64,000 nt of DNA, from positions 256,001-320,000 of the forward strand of contig CAVQUB010000008.1 of assembly GCA_963716725.1 (NCBI GenBank). The letters are read 5' to 3'. The position numbers and the translations under genes are program-made. The notes beneath the pieces are model-generated. The model saw nothing but the letters and a program-made list of their open reading frames with translations. It ran no database searches and was not told where the DNA came from. The stretch comes from an uncultured delta proteobacterium. GTDB taxonomy: Bacteria > Myxococcota_A > Polyangia > Polyangiales > Polyangiaceae. Numbering within the stretch: the stretch's first letter is position 1; every line of letters begins with the position of its first letter. Shown piece by piece: positions 54,946 to 64,000 of this stretch.

Positions 54946-55659
54946 TCAGCTCTTGGCGCTGACCAAACCGAGCAGAATGGCCGCCTTGGTGAGCGCGGCG
55001 GTGCCCTGCACGTTCAGCTTGCGCATCAGTCGCTCGCGGTGCGTCTCGACGGTGCGCACGCTGATCCCGAGCTCGTCGGCGATCTGCTTATTCGTGTTGC
55101 CGTCGGCGATCAACGTCAAGACCTGGAGCTCACGTCGTGAGAGCGAACTCCGATTCGAGCTCGGCGGCGGCGTGACCGAATCACGAGCAACGAGCACCTG
55201 TCGCACCCCGGTGTCGGCATCTGCTCGGAGCTGATCCAACGTGGCGATCAGCGCCTCCCTGCCCGCGTCTCCGTCCAAGAAGGCGTTGGCGCCTGCCTTG
55301 GCGAGCAGCTTGGGATCCGGGTGCGCCGGGTCGAGGCCCATCACGAGCACTGCGACGTCGGCGAACTTCGCCTTCAGCACGCGCACGAGAGCGATTGGGT
55401 CGGCGGCGGAGCGAGACAGCAGCACGACGAAGACGTCCGGCCGCAGGTGCACGGCGCGACCCACTGCGTCTTGGGTGTTCGACGCGGTAGCGATGACCTC
55501 GATACCTGGAGCGTCTTTCAGGAAGCTCTTGAGGCCCGCGAGGACCACCGGGTGGTCGTCGATGAGCATCACGCGCAAGCGGTCTTCTCGGACGGTGAGT
55601 TTTGTGGCTTGCATCGGGGGGATCGGCTTTGCGACCGCCGACGAGCGTGGCCTTGTCAC
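54946..55659 (-). CDS. NarL/LuxR-family response regulator with atypical receiver
   Basis: VMLIDDHPVV receiver start and a LuxR HTH (LSRRELQVL..IADG.TNKQIA..LGISVRTVETHR). The start may be further downstream. Confidence 0.85.
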   Translation of the reverse strand: MTRPRSSAVAKPIPPMQATKLTVREDRLRVMLIDDHPVVLAGLKSFLKDAPGIEVIATASNTQDAVGRAVHLRPDVFVVLLSRSAADPIALVRVLKAKFADVAVLVMGLDPAHPDPKLLAKAGANAFLDGDAGREALIATLDQLRADADTGVRQVLVARDSVTPPPSSNRSSLSRRELQVLTLIADGNTNKQIADELGISVRTVETHRERLMRKLNVQGTAALTKAAILLGLVSAKS

Positions 55660-55831
55660 GCAGCAGGGTCAAGTCGCCGGCGTGACGGTCGTCATGTGCT
55701 CGATCCGGGCGCTTCGCGGGGTAGCACCGCGCCGGGCGCGGTGAGCGATAGGGCGACACTGTGGCCAAGTGTGAACCCCGTAACCACCAGGGCTGCTCGC
55801 CGCACTGGCTTCCGCTCGAAGCCGCCCGGCC

Positions 55832-57044
55832 CTACTCGGTGATGGTCTTGAAGAAGAGATCCGCGAGCGCCACGTGGCCTTCGTTGCTCGGGTGGATGCA
55901 GGTCAGGTCGAACCAGAGCGCCTGGTTGGGACCGCGGTAGCAGGGTGAGGTGGGGTCGTTTCGTTTGTAGCCGTGACCACAGAAGCTCTCGAGCATGAAG
56001 GTCACGTCGGATTGGGTGTCCACCGCGATCTTTGACGTACTGCTCGTTGGCCCAGATCACCATCTCGGCCTGCGCCTTCTTGTCCTGCCAGGGCTGAATG
56101 CCTCCGAGTTGCACGCCCGGGCAAGCGGTCACGTCACCCGTGCCGTCGGTGAACTCGTAGTTGTTTCCAAACACAACGTCCACGCCGCCGGGCATGTTGA
56201 CCGGATTCTTGAGCCACTCCACGGTCTGCCGCAGCAGCCCCACGAAGTTCTTGGTGTCTTGCCACAGCTCCGGGATGGTCTTCTTCGGCGCCGTTCCACC
56301 TCCATCTTGAGTGATGGCGCTGACGTCGTTGCCGCCGATGGTCATGATCACCAGGTGACGCAGATTGCGCTTGTCGGGGGGGATGCAGGTCTCGACCTGC
56401 TTGCTGTCTTTCATCAAGTCGTCGGTGCGCGCTCCCCACTTTGCGCAGCTGACGAAGGCGCCGGACTCAGAGGGCAGCGCGACTCCCTTGATCGGATCGG
56501 CGCCACCCCAGCCCAGGCCGGGCGCGGCGATCTTGAAGTGTGCCGCGAGCATCTGGGCGAGGATCGCGCGATACACGTTCGCCGGGTTCAGGTTGCTCGG
56601 AGGGGTCCCGACCGTCACCGAGTCGCCGAGGAATACGACCCGCTCGACCTTCTCGATCTTCTGGTGGTTGGTTCCCTTGCAGTGCGAGCCGACGGTCGGG
56701 TTGAACTGGTCGTAGTCGAGGGCGACGGTCGGTGGATTGACGAATTGTTTCTGGAAGCAGAGCGCCGCGGGTCCCGCGTCGGTCGCGGGCGAGTCGGTCG
56801 CGGCATCGGCCGTGGCGCCTCCGCTGCCTGCCATACCCCCCGAGGCCGTTGTGCCGCCCGCCGGCGATCCGGCGTTGCCTCCCGAGCCCGAGCCGCCTCC
56901 GGAGCCCGAGCTGCCTCCGCTCGAAGTGGCTCCGGTCCCTCCGCCCGCTCCGCCCGCTCCGCCCGAAGCCTCGTCGCTATTGTCCGAGCCGCACGCAGCC
57001 ATTGCCGCGGCGACGCCCAAAAACACCAAGGTACCCCTAATCAC
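55832..57044 (-). CDS. SGNH/GDSL hydrolase lipoprotein, one +1 frameshift near 56031
   Basis: MAAC lipobox, Gly linker, block I FLGDSVT and block III TIGGND. After the shift comes block V-like DLTCIHP..GH. Confidence 0.8.
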
Positions 57045-57126
57045 GCGGGGGAATGTACACGGGTCGGCTGGCCGGTTCAACAGAAAGCATTGCCCGGAAG
57101 CACTCCGCTCAGCCGGCGCCCCGGCC

Positions 57127-59028
57127 CTACTTCGCCAGGGCTGGCGCGATGGTCTTCAGGAGCACGTCGACGACCGGGTTGTAGCCGTAGCTCGCCGTCG
57201 TGGGATCACCGCTGGTGACCCGCGGACAAATCGAGGTGACCACGCCCTGATTGGCGATGCCCTTCAAGACCTCGAGGTGTCGCGTGCCCGGGTAGGCCTT
57301 CGCGTAGCGTTGCACCTTCGAGTACTGGTTCGTCGCCGGGTCCTGACACAGGGGGTTGTTCGCGGTGTATCCCGTCTGGACATCGTCGCAGTCGCAGCCT
57401 CCGGTGGCGGTTGCGCAGTCTTTGGGCTGCGGCAGCCGGAAGATGCAGGCGTACTGCAGATCGGAGTCGGAAGTGTTCCACTCGTGACCGTTGGAGGGGT
57501 GCGCGCCGGCGGCAGCCGACGTCGGCTGGATCAACTTGCCCGTCGACGGTTGGGCGCCGCTGCGCGTCGTCGTCGACTCGACCATCAGCGGGTCGTCGGG
57601 TGAGTCGGTCGCGCTCTTGGCCAGAAGCCAATCCCAGCGTCCCTTGGCCGCGAGCTCGGCGGCGGTCAGGTAGGCCATGTCAGACGGCGAGGCGAGGGAG
57701 GCGTCGGTCGCCAGGTCTTGCCACGGCACGCCGATCACTCCGGTCAGGAATACCAAGCCCGCGCTTCGAGTCGCGAGCAGCGGGTTGGCGACGGTCTTGC
57801 AACCCGCGACGGGGCCGGCGCCGTCCCACTTGGGACAGATGTTTGGCTGGGTCAGCGCATCGACGTAGCGCTGGGTCGGATACAGGAAGCTGATGCCGAA
57901 TCGGCGCTTCTGGTTCCAACAACGCAGGTTCGGGTGGTCGCTCAGGTCGCTGTGGACGCCTCCGTTCTTCTGGCACTCGGAGTCGCTGTTCAGCGCTTGG
58001 CAGCCCGACGGTGGGGCGTTCTCCGCGAGCGCGCACGAGCGGCAGCACGGGCTGTCGGGGTTCGTCGCACAGGCGCTCGTCGCGCGCGGCAAGAGGAAGG
58101 GCGTGTTGTTGGGGTTGCTGGTTTGAGCGGCCATCCAGTTGTAGCTGCCGTCGATGGTCGAGCAGTCGTTCTCGTCCGTCAGCATCATGATCACGACGGC
58201 GGAGTCCGGGCGCAGGAAGTCCTTACGCTGCTGGAGCAGGACCGTATCGCTGCCTTGCGGCGTCGCGACTCCGTTCGAGACGACGACCTTCTCGTGGGGC
58301 GCGGGGTCGACCAGGAAGCGGTACCAGCTCTCGAGCTGGGACTCGAAGCCACAACCGGCCTCGCCCGTGGCCTGCACGTGAGCGCGGAAGTTGTCGACGA
58401 GAGCCGTCTGATTGGTCTCTCCGCCGCTGGAGCCGGCGGGATCCCACCACAAGAAGCCGAGACCCTGGTGCGATGAGAGCCCGGTACGCACGGTCCCCAT
58501 CAAGTGCGCGCGATCGTTCTGCGTCGGATTGGAATTCGGGTTTCCTTCCGAGCACTGGTTGCCGCCATGGCCGCCCAAGCTGGAAGAGATGACGCCAACG
58601 TGCATGTCCTGCACCGCCTTGAACTGAGGCTTGCCCGTCGCGGGATCGAGTGTGGGCGTGACCAGGCGGTTGATCAACTGCGGCACCGCGTCGGAAAGCA
58701 CGAGCTGTTTGTCGGCCATGGAGAGCGAGTTGTCGATCATCAGCAAGAGATCGATCTTGCTCGCGGGCACGAGCGGCACGCCGCCGGTGCCGCCGTCGCC
58801 GCTGGTGCCGCCGTCGCCGCTGGTGCCGCCGTCGCCGCTGGTGCCGCCGGTGCCGCCGTCGCCGCCCCCGCCGCCGTCGCCACTGCTGCCCCCGGCGCCG
58901 CCAGCGCCGGAGCCGCCCCCACCACCGCCCGTGCTGCTCCCGCCGCAGCCCAGGGTTGTCGCTGCCAAGATCGCCCCGAATGCCGCCGCCCTAACTGCTC
59001 GCATGAACCAATCCATACCACTGCTCAT
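57127..59028 (-). CDS. Myxobacterial vWA-like Cys-rich lipoprotein
   Basis: TLGC lipobox, Gly linker, MIDAS-like KIDLLLMIDNSLSM, GCGFESQLES and MLTDENDCS. Confidence 0.75.
   Translation of the reverse strand: MSSGMDWFMRAVRAAAFGAILAATTLGCGGSSTGGGGGGSGAGGAGGSSGDGGGGGDGGTGGTSGDGGTSGDGGTSGDGGTGGVPLVPASKIDLLLMIDNSLSMADKQLVLSDAVPQLINRLVTPTLDPATGKPQFKAVQDMHVGVISSSLGGHGGNQCSEGNPNSNPTQNDRAHLMGTVRTGLSSHQGLGFLWWDPAGSSGGETNQTALVDNFRAHVQATGEAGCGFESQLESWYRFLVDPAPHEKVVVSNGVATPQGSDTVLLQQRKDFLRPDSAVVIMMLTDENDCSTIDGSYNWMAAQTSNPNNTPFLLPRATSACATNPDSPCCRSCALAENAPPSGCQALNSDSECQKNGGVHSDLSDHPNLRCWNQKRRFGISFLYPTQRYVDALTQPNICPKWDGAGPVAGCKTVANPLLATRSAGLVFLTGVIGVPWQDLATDASLASPSDMAYLTAAELAAKGRWDWLLAKSATDSPDDPLMVESTTTRSGAQPSTGKLIQPTSAAAGAHPSNGHEWNTSDSDLQYACIFRLPQPKDCATATGGCDCDDVQTGYTANNPLCQDPATNQYSKVQRYAKAYPGTRHLEVLKGIANQGVVTSICPRVTSGDPTTASYGYNPVVDVLLKTIAPALAK
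58786..58848. repeat. 18-bp tandem repeat x3.5 (GGTGCCGCCGTCGCCGCT), coding SGDGGT on the minus strand
   Basis: Three perfect units at 58786-58839 plus a partial unit. Confidence 0.85.
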
Positions 59029-59141
59029 GGTTGCGCGCTCCGGGTGAATGCGAAACGACTTGTGCGGTTTCGGAACAAGCAGTGCTTCGCCCGTCCGCGC
59101 TACGCTTGCCTGCGCAGCACCGCCGGCGTCATGCTCGGATC

Positions 59142-59576
59142 ATGCCTACCGCCGCCAAGGTGTTGATCGGTGCGGCGCTCGCCTTGGTCGCGAGCACTGC
59201 GAGCTCGCAGCCCGTGAGGTTTCCCGTGGAGCAACCCGTGGCGCTCTCGGCGCGCGTGGCGCTGCTCGAGCAAAAGGTGCACACCCTCGAGCAACGGACC
59301 AAGGCGTTCCAGCGAGTCGGCCTGGTGCCCGAGCTCGGGGGAGCGTTTCAGCTCGTCGTGAACGGCGCGCGCGTGCGCGTTTCGGCGGACGGTTCGATCA
59401 GCATCGCAGCGCCAGTGCCCGCGCGAGCGGCCGAGGACCCCTGCGATCCGCCGTACAGCGTCGATCCCAAGGGGCTGCGCAGCATCAAGCCCGAGTGCTT
59501 GAAAGTCGGGCCCTGCGAGCCGCCCTTCGAGGTGGATCCGCAAGGAAAGCGCGTCCCGAAGCCGGAGTGCCTGTAG
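59142..59576 (+). CDS. Small secreted protein with two C-x-PP-(Y/F)-x-VD-xx-G...KPECL units
   Basis: Signal peptide, short coiled coil, then CDPPYSVDPKGLRSIKPECL and CEPPFEVDPQGKRVPKPECL. Confidence 0.75.
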   Translation: MPTAAKVLIGAALALVASTASSQPVRFPVEQPVALSARVALLEQKVHTLEQRTKAFQRVGLVPELGGAFQLVVNGARVRVSADGSISIAAPVPARAAEDPCDPPYSVDPKGLRSIKPECLKVGPCEPPFEVDPQGKRVPKPECL

Positions 59577-59646
59577 CGCTTCGAGAGCTTTGCCATTTAC
59601 GCCCGCGCGCGGATCTGGCCCCCTCCGGCGCCGAAAGAGAGGGACC

Positions 59647-60474
59647 ATGGATCCGTTCGCCCCGATCAACGGCATTTCGCTGGAACGCTACGCCGACCTG
59701 GGCGCCGCCCTCGACGGGCACGACAAGGACGCGGCGAAGAAGGCCGAGATCCTCGGCGCCGAGGGGGTCGCGGTCGCCGACTACGACGCCGCCGTTGCCG
59801 GCTGGACCGCTCGCATGCAGGACATGTCGCTGATGGGACGCGTCGCGACGGCGTTCATGCCCATGTACCAAGCCGCCCTCGCTCGTCGCAAAGGCGGCGC
59901 CGCACGCGTGAGCTACGAGGACTACGTGCACGTCAGCGCGCTGATCAAGATCTACGGCTTCGAGGCCGCCATCCAGGCTGCCGGCGTCTCGATGAGCGAC
60001 TGGACCGAAGCGGGCGGGTACTGGACCGGCCAGATGTCCGCCAACATGATGCAGTACGCCGGGCATCACAATTTCGTCTCGCAAGAAGAGGCGAAGATCC
60101 GCGGCGGTGCCGGGCCGCGCCCGGTGAGCGTGACGCGCGACACCAGCGCCGCGGCCACCGCGCAACCAAACGCGCAGGCGCTTCAGCAACAGGCCATGAT
60201 GGATCCCGTCCAGGCGGCCATGATGAACCCGGCGTACCAGCAGTCGCAGGCGGCGGCGGCGTCGATCATGCAGAACCCTCTCGGCTTCGGCTTCGGACAA
60301 GCGGCTGCCGTCTTGACCGGCGGCATCGTCGCCGGTTCGAAGGTCAAGGTCGCGTGGTCGGATGGCAACCAGTACCCGGCGTCGGTGATGCAGGCCGCTC
60401 CGGACCAGTACCTGGTGCAGTTCGACAACGGCTCGCAGCAGTGGATCCCCGCGAACGCCGTGAGCAAGGCGTGA
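59647..60474 (+). CDS. Hypothetical protein with duplicated helical repeat and C-terminal Tudor/SH3-like domain
   Basis: Two related units ending W-T-x-x-M, a Gln/Ala/Met linker and GSKVKVAWSDGNQYPASV...YLVQFDNGSQQWI. GAGGG RBS. Confidence 0.75.
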   Translation: MDPFAPINGISLERYADLGAALDGHDKDAAKKAEILGAEGVAVADYDAAVAGWTARMQDMSLMGRVATAFMPMYQAALARRKGGAARVSYEDYVHVSALIKIYGFEAAIQAAGVSMSDWTEAGGYWTGQMSANMMQYAGHHNFVSQEEAKIRGGAGPRPVSVTRDTSAAATAQPNAQALQQQAMMDPVQAAMMNPAYQQSQAAAASIMQNPLGFGFGQAAAVLTGGIVAGSKVKVAWSDGNQYPASVMQAAPDQYLVQFDNGSQQWIPANAVSKA

Positions 60475-60478
60475 CGCC

Positions 60479-60841
60479 GTGAACTGCGAGACCTGCGGCG
60501 CCACGCTGTCGCTCGACGACATGACGCGGCCGAACTGCCCCTACTGCAAGAACGTGCTCAAGCACCACGCGCGGGCAGCGGAGCACGCCGCACTCGTGAA
60601 CAAGGTGCTCGACGATCGAATTCGCGGCCAGTACCCGGGCATGCCCCCGGGACAGGTGCCGCAGATCGGCTACGGCTTCGGTGCGCCGATGAACCCGGGA
60701 TTCCAGCAGTTTCAGGAGCAGCAGTTTCAAGGCGCCATGAAGCGCGCGGGCTGGATCACCGCGGTGTCCATCCTGGTGCCGATCGTGCTTTTGCTCGTGA
60801 TCGGCGGCGCGATTGCGGTCTGGACGCTGTTCTCGCTCTGA
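60479..60841 (+). CDS. Zinc-ribbon membrane protein
   Basis: CETC...CPYC and a C-terminal TM helix. Confidence 0.72.
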   Translation: MNCETCGATLSLDDMTRPNCPYCKNVLKHHARAAEHAALVNKVLDDRIRGQYPGMPPGQVPQIGYGFGAPMNPGFQQFQEQQFQGAMKRAGWITAVSILVPIVLLLVIGGAIAVWTLFSL

Positions 60842-60937
60842 GGGCGGCGGGCCGCAGCCGGCGGGATTACGCCCGATTCGCGCCCGATCGTGGCTGAACG
60901 CCTGGTCGGAGTTGACGGCTGGCGCACCCCGGCTAAA

Positions 60938-60951
60938 TGAGTGAGCACTCA
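60938..60951. promoter_or_regulatory. Probable TetR operator (TGAGTG-AG-CACTCA)
   Basis: Perfect 6-2-6 inverted repeat just before the tetR ATG, with a TTGACG -35-like box at 60912-60917. Confidence 0.7.
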
Positions 60952-60954
60952 CAA

Positions 60955-61563
60955 ATGGCGCGCCCCGCAGTCATCCAAGACTCGGAAATCCTCGATGCGG
61001 CCCGCGAGGTGTTCCTGAGCCGCGGCTTTCGGGCCACCACCGCGGAGGTCGCCGCCCGCGCGGGCATCTCCGAAGGATCGATCTTCAAACGATTCCGCAG
61101 CAAGGTCGAGCTGTTCCAGGCCGCGATGGGCTCCCTCGATGAGCAGCCGCCCTTTGTCGAACTCCTGGCTGGCAGGGTCGGCAGAGGTGCGCTGCAGGAG
61201 CAGCTCCTCGAATTGGGACAAGAGCTGGCCGAGCACCTGCGCCGCGTCGTCCCCTTGCACCTGATGGCGTGGTCGAACCCCGGCCCCGACGGCGCACCGG
61301 CCATCTACGCCCAGCCGGACTCAGCTCCCTTGGCGCTGCTCAAGACCCTCGCTGGCTACTTTGCCGCCGAGATGCGCGCTGGGCGCCTCGCGCGGCGCGA
61401 TCCCGAGATCGTCGCCCGGGCCTTCGTCGGCTCCGTGCACCACTTCGTCGTCTTCGACTTGCTCTTTCAGTCCCAGGACACCATGCCGATGCCCGAAGAG
61501 ACGTTCCTGCGTGGCGTGGTGGACCTGTTGTTTAGAGGTGTGGATCCGGGGAGGAGCACATGA
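60955..61563 (+). CDS. TetR/AcrR family transcriptional regulator
   Basis: ILDAAREVFLSRGF.ATTAEVAARAGISEGSIFKRFRSK. Confidence 0.92.
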   Translation: MARPAVIQDSEILDAAREVFLSRGFRATTAEVAARAGISEGSIFKRFRSKVELFQAAMGSLDEQPPFVELLAGRVGRGALQEQLLELGQELAEHLRRVVPLHLMAWSNPGPDGAPAIYAQPDSAPLALLKTLAGYFAAEMRAGRLARRDPEIVARAFVGSVHHFVVFDLLFQSQDTMPMPEETFLRGVVDLLFRGVDPGRST

Positions 61564-62777
61564 CCCGGAGGATTCCGATGCGGATCTCGATGGCATTTTG
61601 GATTGGTGTGGCGGCGCTCTCGGTGGCCGCCTGCAAGAAGAGCCCGCCTCCGGGGCCGGAGCCGCTGGCGGCTGCGGCCGCGGCGCCAGCGGTGTCAGTG
61701 CGCTTCGTCAAGGTCGAGAGCCGGAGGCTGCCGCCGGTGCTCGAGATCAGCGGCACCCTCGATCCAGACGAACGCAGCGAGGTCGCAGCGCAGTTTGGCG
61801 GCGCCGTGAAGGCCGTCAACGTCGACGTCGGAACGCGCGTCAAGAAGGGTGACGTTCTGGTCGTGCTCGACTCGAGCGAAGCTGCGCTACGGCTCTCCGC
61901 CGCGAAATCGACCGCCGACCAACAGCGCGCCCGGCTCGGGCTCGACAACGGTGGCGGCTTCGACTCCGACGCGGTGCCCGATGTGAAGGCGGCGAAAGAC
62001 GCTCGCGATCTCGCGGTGCTCGAGGCCGATCGCACCGAGAAGCTGGCCAAGCAGGGCGCGGTCTCCGTGTCGACGGCCGATCAAGCGCGCACCAACGCCG
62101 AGCGCGCCGAGTCTGGGTACCTGGCCGCGAAGAACGGGGCGAAGCAGGGCTTTGCCGCCCTCAAGACCGCTGAAGCTCAGTCGCGACTCTCGGGCAAGAA
62201 CCTGAAAGACACCAAGGTCCTCGCGCCCTTCGACGGCGCGGTGCAAGAGCGACGCGTCACTGCCGGTGAGTTCGCCGGCGTCGGGCGCGTGGTGGCGGTG
62301 GTCGTGAAAGACAACCCGCTGCGCCTCAAGATCGACGTGCCGGAGTCGGAGATCGCCGGAGTGGCGGTCGAGTCCATCGTCACGCTTCGAGTTGCCGCGT
62401 TTCCGGGCCGCGACTTCCTGGGCAAGGTGAAGCGCATCGGCGCTGCGATCAACGCCTCTTCGCGCACGCTGCCGGTCGAGGCGGAGGTGCTCAATGACGA
62501 CGGGCTCCTCAAGCCTGGCTTCTTCGTGCGCGCTCAGGTCTCGCTGAAGGGCGAAGCCGCTGACGTCATGCTGGTACCGGAGAGCGCGATCGGCTCGACT
62601 GGATCCAACGCCCGGGTCTACGTGCGGGACGGCGGCCGTGTGATCGAGAGGCTGGTCGCGGTCGGCCGGAGCGTCGGCGGTTTGGTCGAGGTTCGTGGCG
62701 CGCTGAAGCCGGGCGATGAAGTCGCCGCGGACAACCTCGGCGAACTCTCGGACTCGAGGGAGGTCGCGCCTCGCTGA
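61560..62777 (+). CDS. RND efflux membrane fusion (periplasmic adaptor) lipoprotein
   Basis: VAAC lipobox, lipoyl halves (VDVGTRVKKGDVL, APFDGAV), VPES, SRT and LKPGFF. Confidence 0.9.
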   Translation: MTRRIPMRISMAFWIGVAALSVAACKKSPPPGPEPLAAAAAAPAVSVRFVKVESRRLPPVLEISGTLDPDERSEVAAQFGGAVKAVNVDVGTRVKKGDVLVVLDSSEAALRLSAAKSTADQQRARLGLDNGGGFDSDAVPDVKAAKDARDLAVLEADRTEKLAKQGAVSVSTADQARTNAERAESGYLAAKNGAKQGFAALKTAEAQSRLSGKNLKDTKVLAPFDGAVQERRVTAGEFAGVGRVVAVVVKDNPLRLKIDVPESEIAGVAVESIVTLRVAAFPGRDFLGKVKRIGAAINASSRTLPVEAEVLNDDGLLKPGFFVRAQVSLKGEAADVMLVPESAIGSTGSNARVYVRDGGRVIERLVAVGRSVGGLVEVRGALKPGDEVAADNLGELSDSREVAPR

Positions 62778-62790
62778 GGCGCGGGGTACC

Positions 62791-64000
62791 ATGCAGTGGC
62801 TCGCTGCAATCTGCGTGCGGCGCCCGGTGTTTGCATCAGTGATCGCGCTGGTGCTCACGGTCATCGGGGCGTTCAGCTACGCCGGTCTGGGAGTCGATCG
62901 CTTCCCCAAGGTCGAGTTCCCGGTGGTCATGGCCGTGACCGTCGTGCCCGGCGCGTCGCCGGAGCAGGTCGAGACCGAGGTCACCGACAAGATCGAGTCT
63001 GCGGTCAACACCATCAGCGGCATCGACGAGCTCCGCAGCGTCTCGGTGGAGGGCGTGAGCCAGGTGATTGTGACCTTCGTGCTCGAGAAGGACATCAACG
63101 TCGCCTCGCAGGAGGTTCGGGAGAAGATCAACGAGATCCTCGCCACCTTGCCGGCCGGCATCGATCCCCCGGTGGTCGCCAAGCTGGACCCCGACTCCAC
63201 TCCCATCCTCACCTTGGCCGTCACCGGCCCGGGCGACGCGCGCGACATCACCGAGCTCGCCGACAAGACCATCCGTCGCGAGATCGAGTCTCTGAACGGG
63301 GTGGGTCAGGTCACGGTGGTGGGCGGCCGGGCACGTCAGATCAACGTCTGGGTCGATCCGGTGAAGCTCGAGAAGTACGAGATGTCCGGCGGCCAACTCG
63401 AGCACGCCTTGCGCACGCAGAACGTCGAGTTGCCCAGCGGCCGCGTCGAGAAGGGCGAGACGCAGCTCACGCTGCGCACGCTGGGCCGCGTACAGAGCAT
63501 CCAGCAGCTGGCCGACGTCACCGTAGCGATGCGCGCCGGGCAGCCCATCCGACTGCGGGATGTCGCCCGGGTGGAAGATGGCATGGCCGAAGCCGAGAGC
63601 GCCGGGTTTCGCGGCACCAGCCCGACCGTGCTGCTCAACCTGCGCAAGCAGAGCGGCACCAACACCGTCGAGGTCGTGGAGCGGGTCAAGGAACGCATCC
63701 GCGATCTCGCTCCGCGACTGCCTGCGGGGGCGAGCATCGAGGTGGCCCGCGATCAGAGCGAGTTCATCGGCAACGCCATCGCCACCGTGAAAGAGCACCT
63801 GATCGTCGGCGCGCTCCTGGCGTCGATCGTCGTGCTGCTCTTCCTGCGCAACTGGCGCTCCACCCTGATCGCGGCCATCGCCATTCCGGTCAGCGTCATC
63901 AGCACCTTCGCTCTGATGAAGAGCGCGGGCTTCACCCTGAACGTGATCACGATGCTCGGGCTCACGCTGGCGGTCGGCATCGTGATCGACGACGCCATCG
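62791..64000 (+). CDS. RND efflux permease (AcrB/MdtB-like), 3'-truncated by the window edge
   Basis: MQWLAAICVRRPVFA...VDRFPKVEFP...PGASPEQVETEVT...LRNWRSTLIAAIAIP...GIVIDDAI. Absent from the ORF track because it has no stop in the window. Confidence 0.92.
   Translation, partial: MQWLAAICVRRPVFASVIALVLTVIGAFSYAGLGVDRFPKVEFPVVMAVTVVPGASPEQVETEVTDKIESAVNTISGIDELRSVSVEGVSQVIVTFVLEKDINVASQEVREKINEILATLPAGIDPPVVAKLDPDSTPILTLAVTGPGDARDITELADKTIRREIESLNGVGQVTVVGGRARQINVWVDPVKLEKYEMSGGQLEHALRTQNVELPSGRVEKGETQLTLRTLGRVQSIQQLADVTVAMRAGQPIRLRDVARVEDGMAEAESAGFRGTSPTVLLNLRKQSGTNTVEVVERVKERIRDLAPRLPAGASIEVARDQSEFIGNAIATVKEHLIVGALLASIVVLLFLRNWRSTLIAAIAIPVSVISTFALMKSAGFTLNVITMLGLTLAVGIVIDDAI

Overview
A high-GC bacterial chromosomal segment whose gene content points to Myxococcota, probably Polyangiaceae-like (inference). 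It has about 54 densely packed CDS. Signalling genes include five Hanks-type Ser/Thr kinase-domain genes (one probably a pseudokinase), two sigma-54 enhancer-binding proteins (FHA- and GAF-type), a stand-alone FHA protein and an atypical NarL-like regulator. Housekeeping and transport genes include cobA-hemD, a serA-like dehydrogenase, yaeQ, prmA, grpE-dnaK, a uvrD/pcrA helicase, a livKHMGF-type ABC importer, an M49 dipeptidyl peptidase, an MdlA/MdlB-type ABC exporter pair and a TetR-MFP-RND efflux operon. There are also many Gly/Cys-rich lipoproteins. I saw no rRNA, tRNA, CRISPR array, transposase or integrase. Most notable: (1) a pseudokinase-cyclase-like-AAA-TPR gene plus an FHA gene sit between dnaK and prmA, where dnaJ often lies; (2) an 85-bp diverged duplicate from the uvrD 3' region brackets a small orphan coiled-coil gene; (3) a metallo-beta-lactamase-fold gene and a GAF-EBP gene follow a sigma-54 promoter with an NtrC-like palindrome; (4) an apparent kinase-UvrD fusion is probably caused by one of about eight +1 insertions that look like long-read errors. 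All calls come from reading motifs by eye; no database searches were run.
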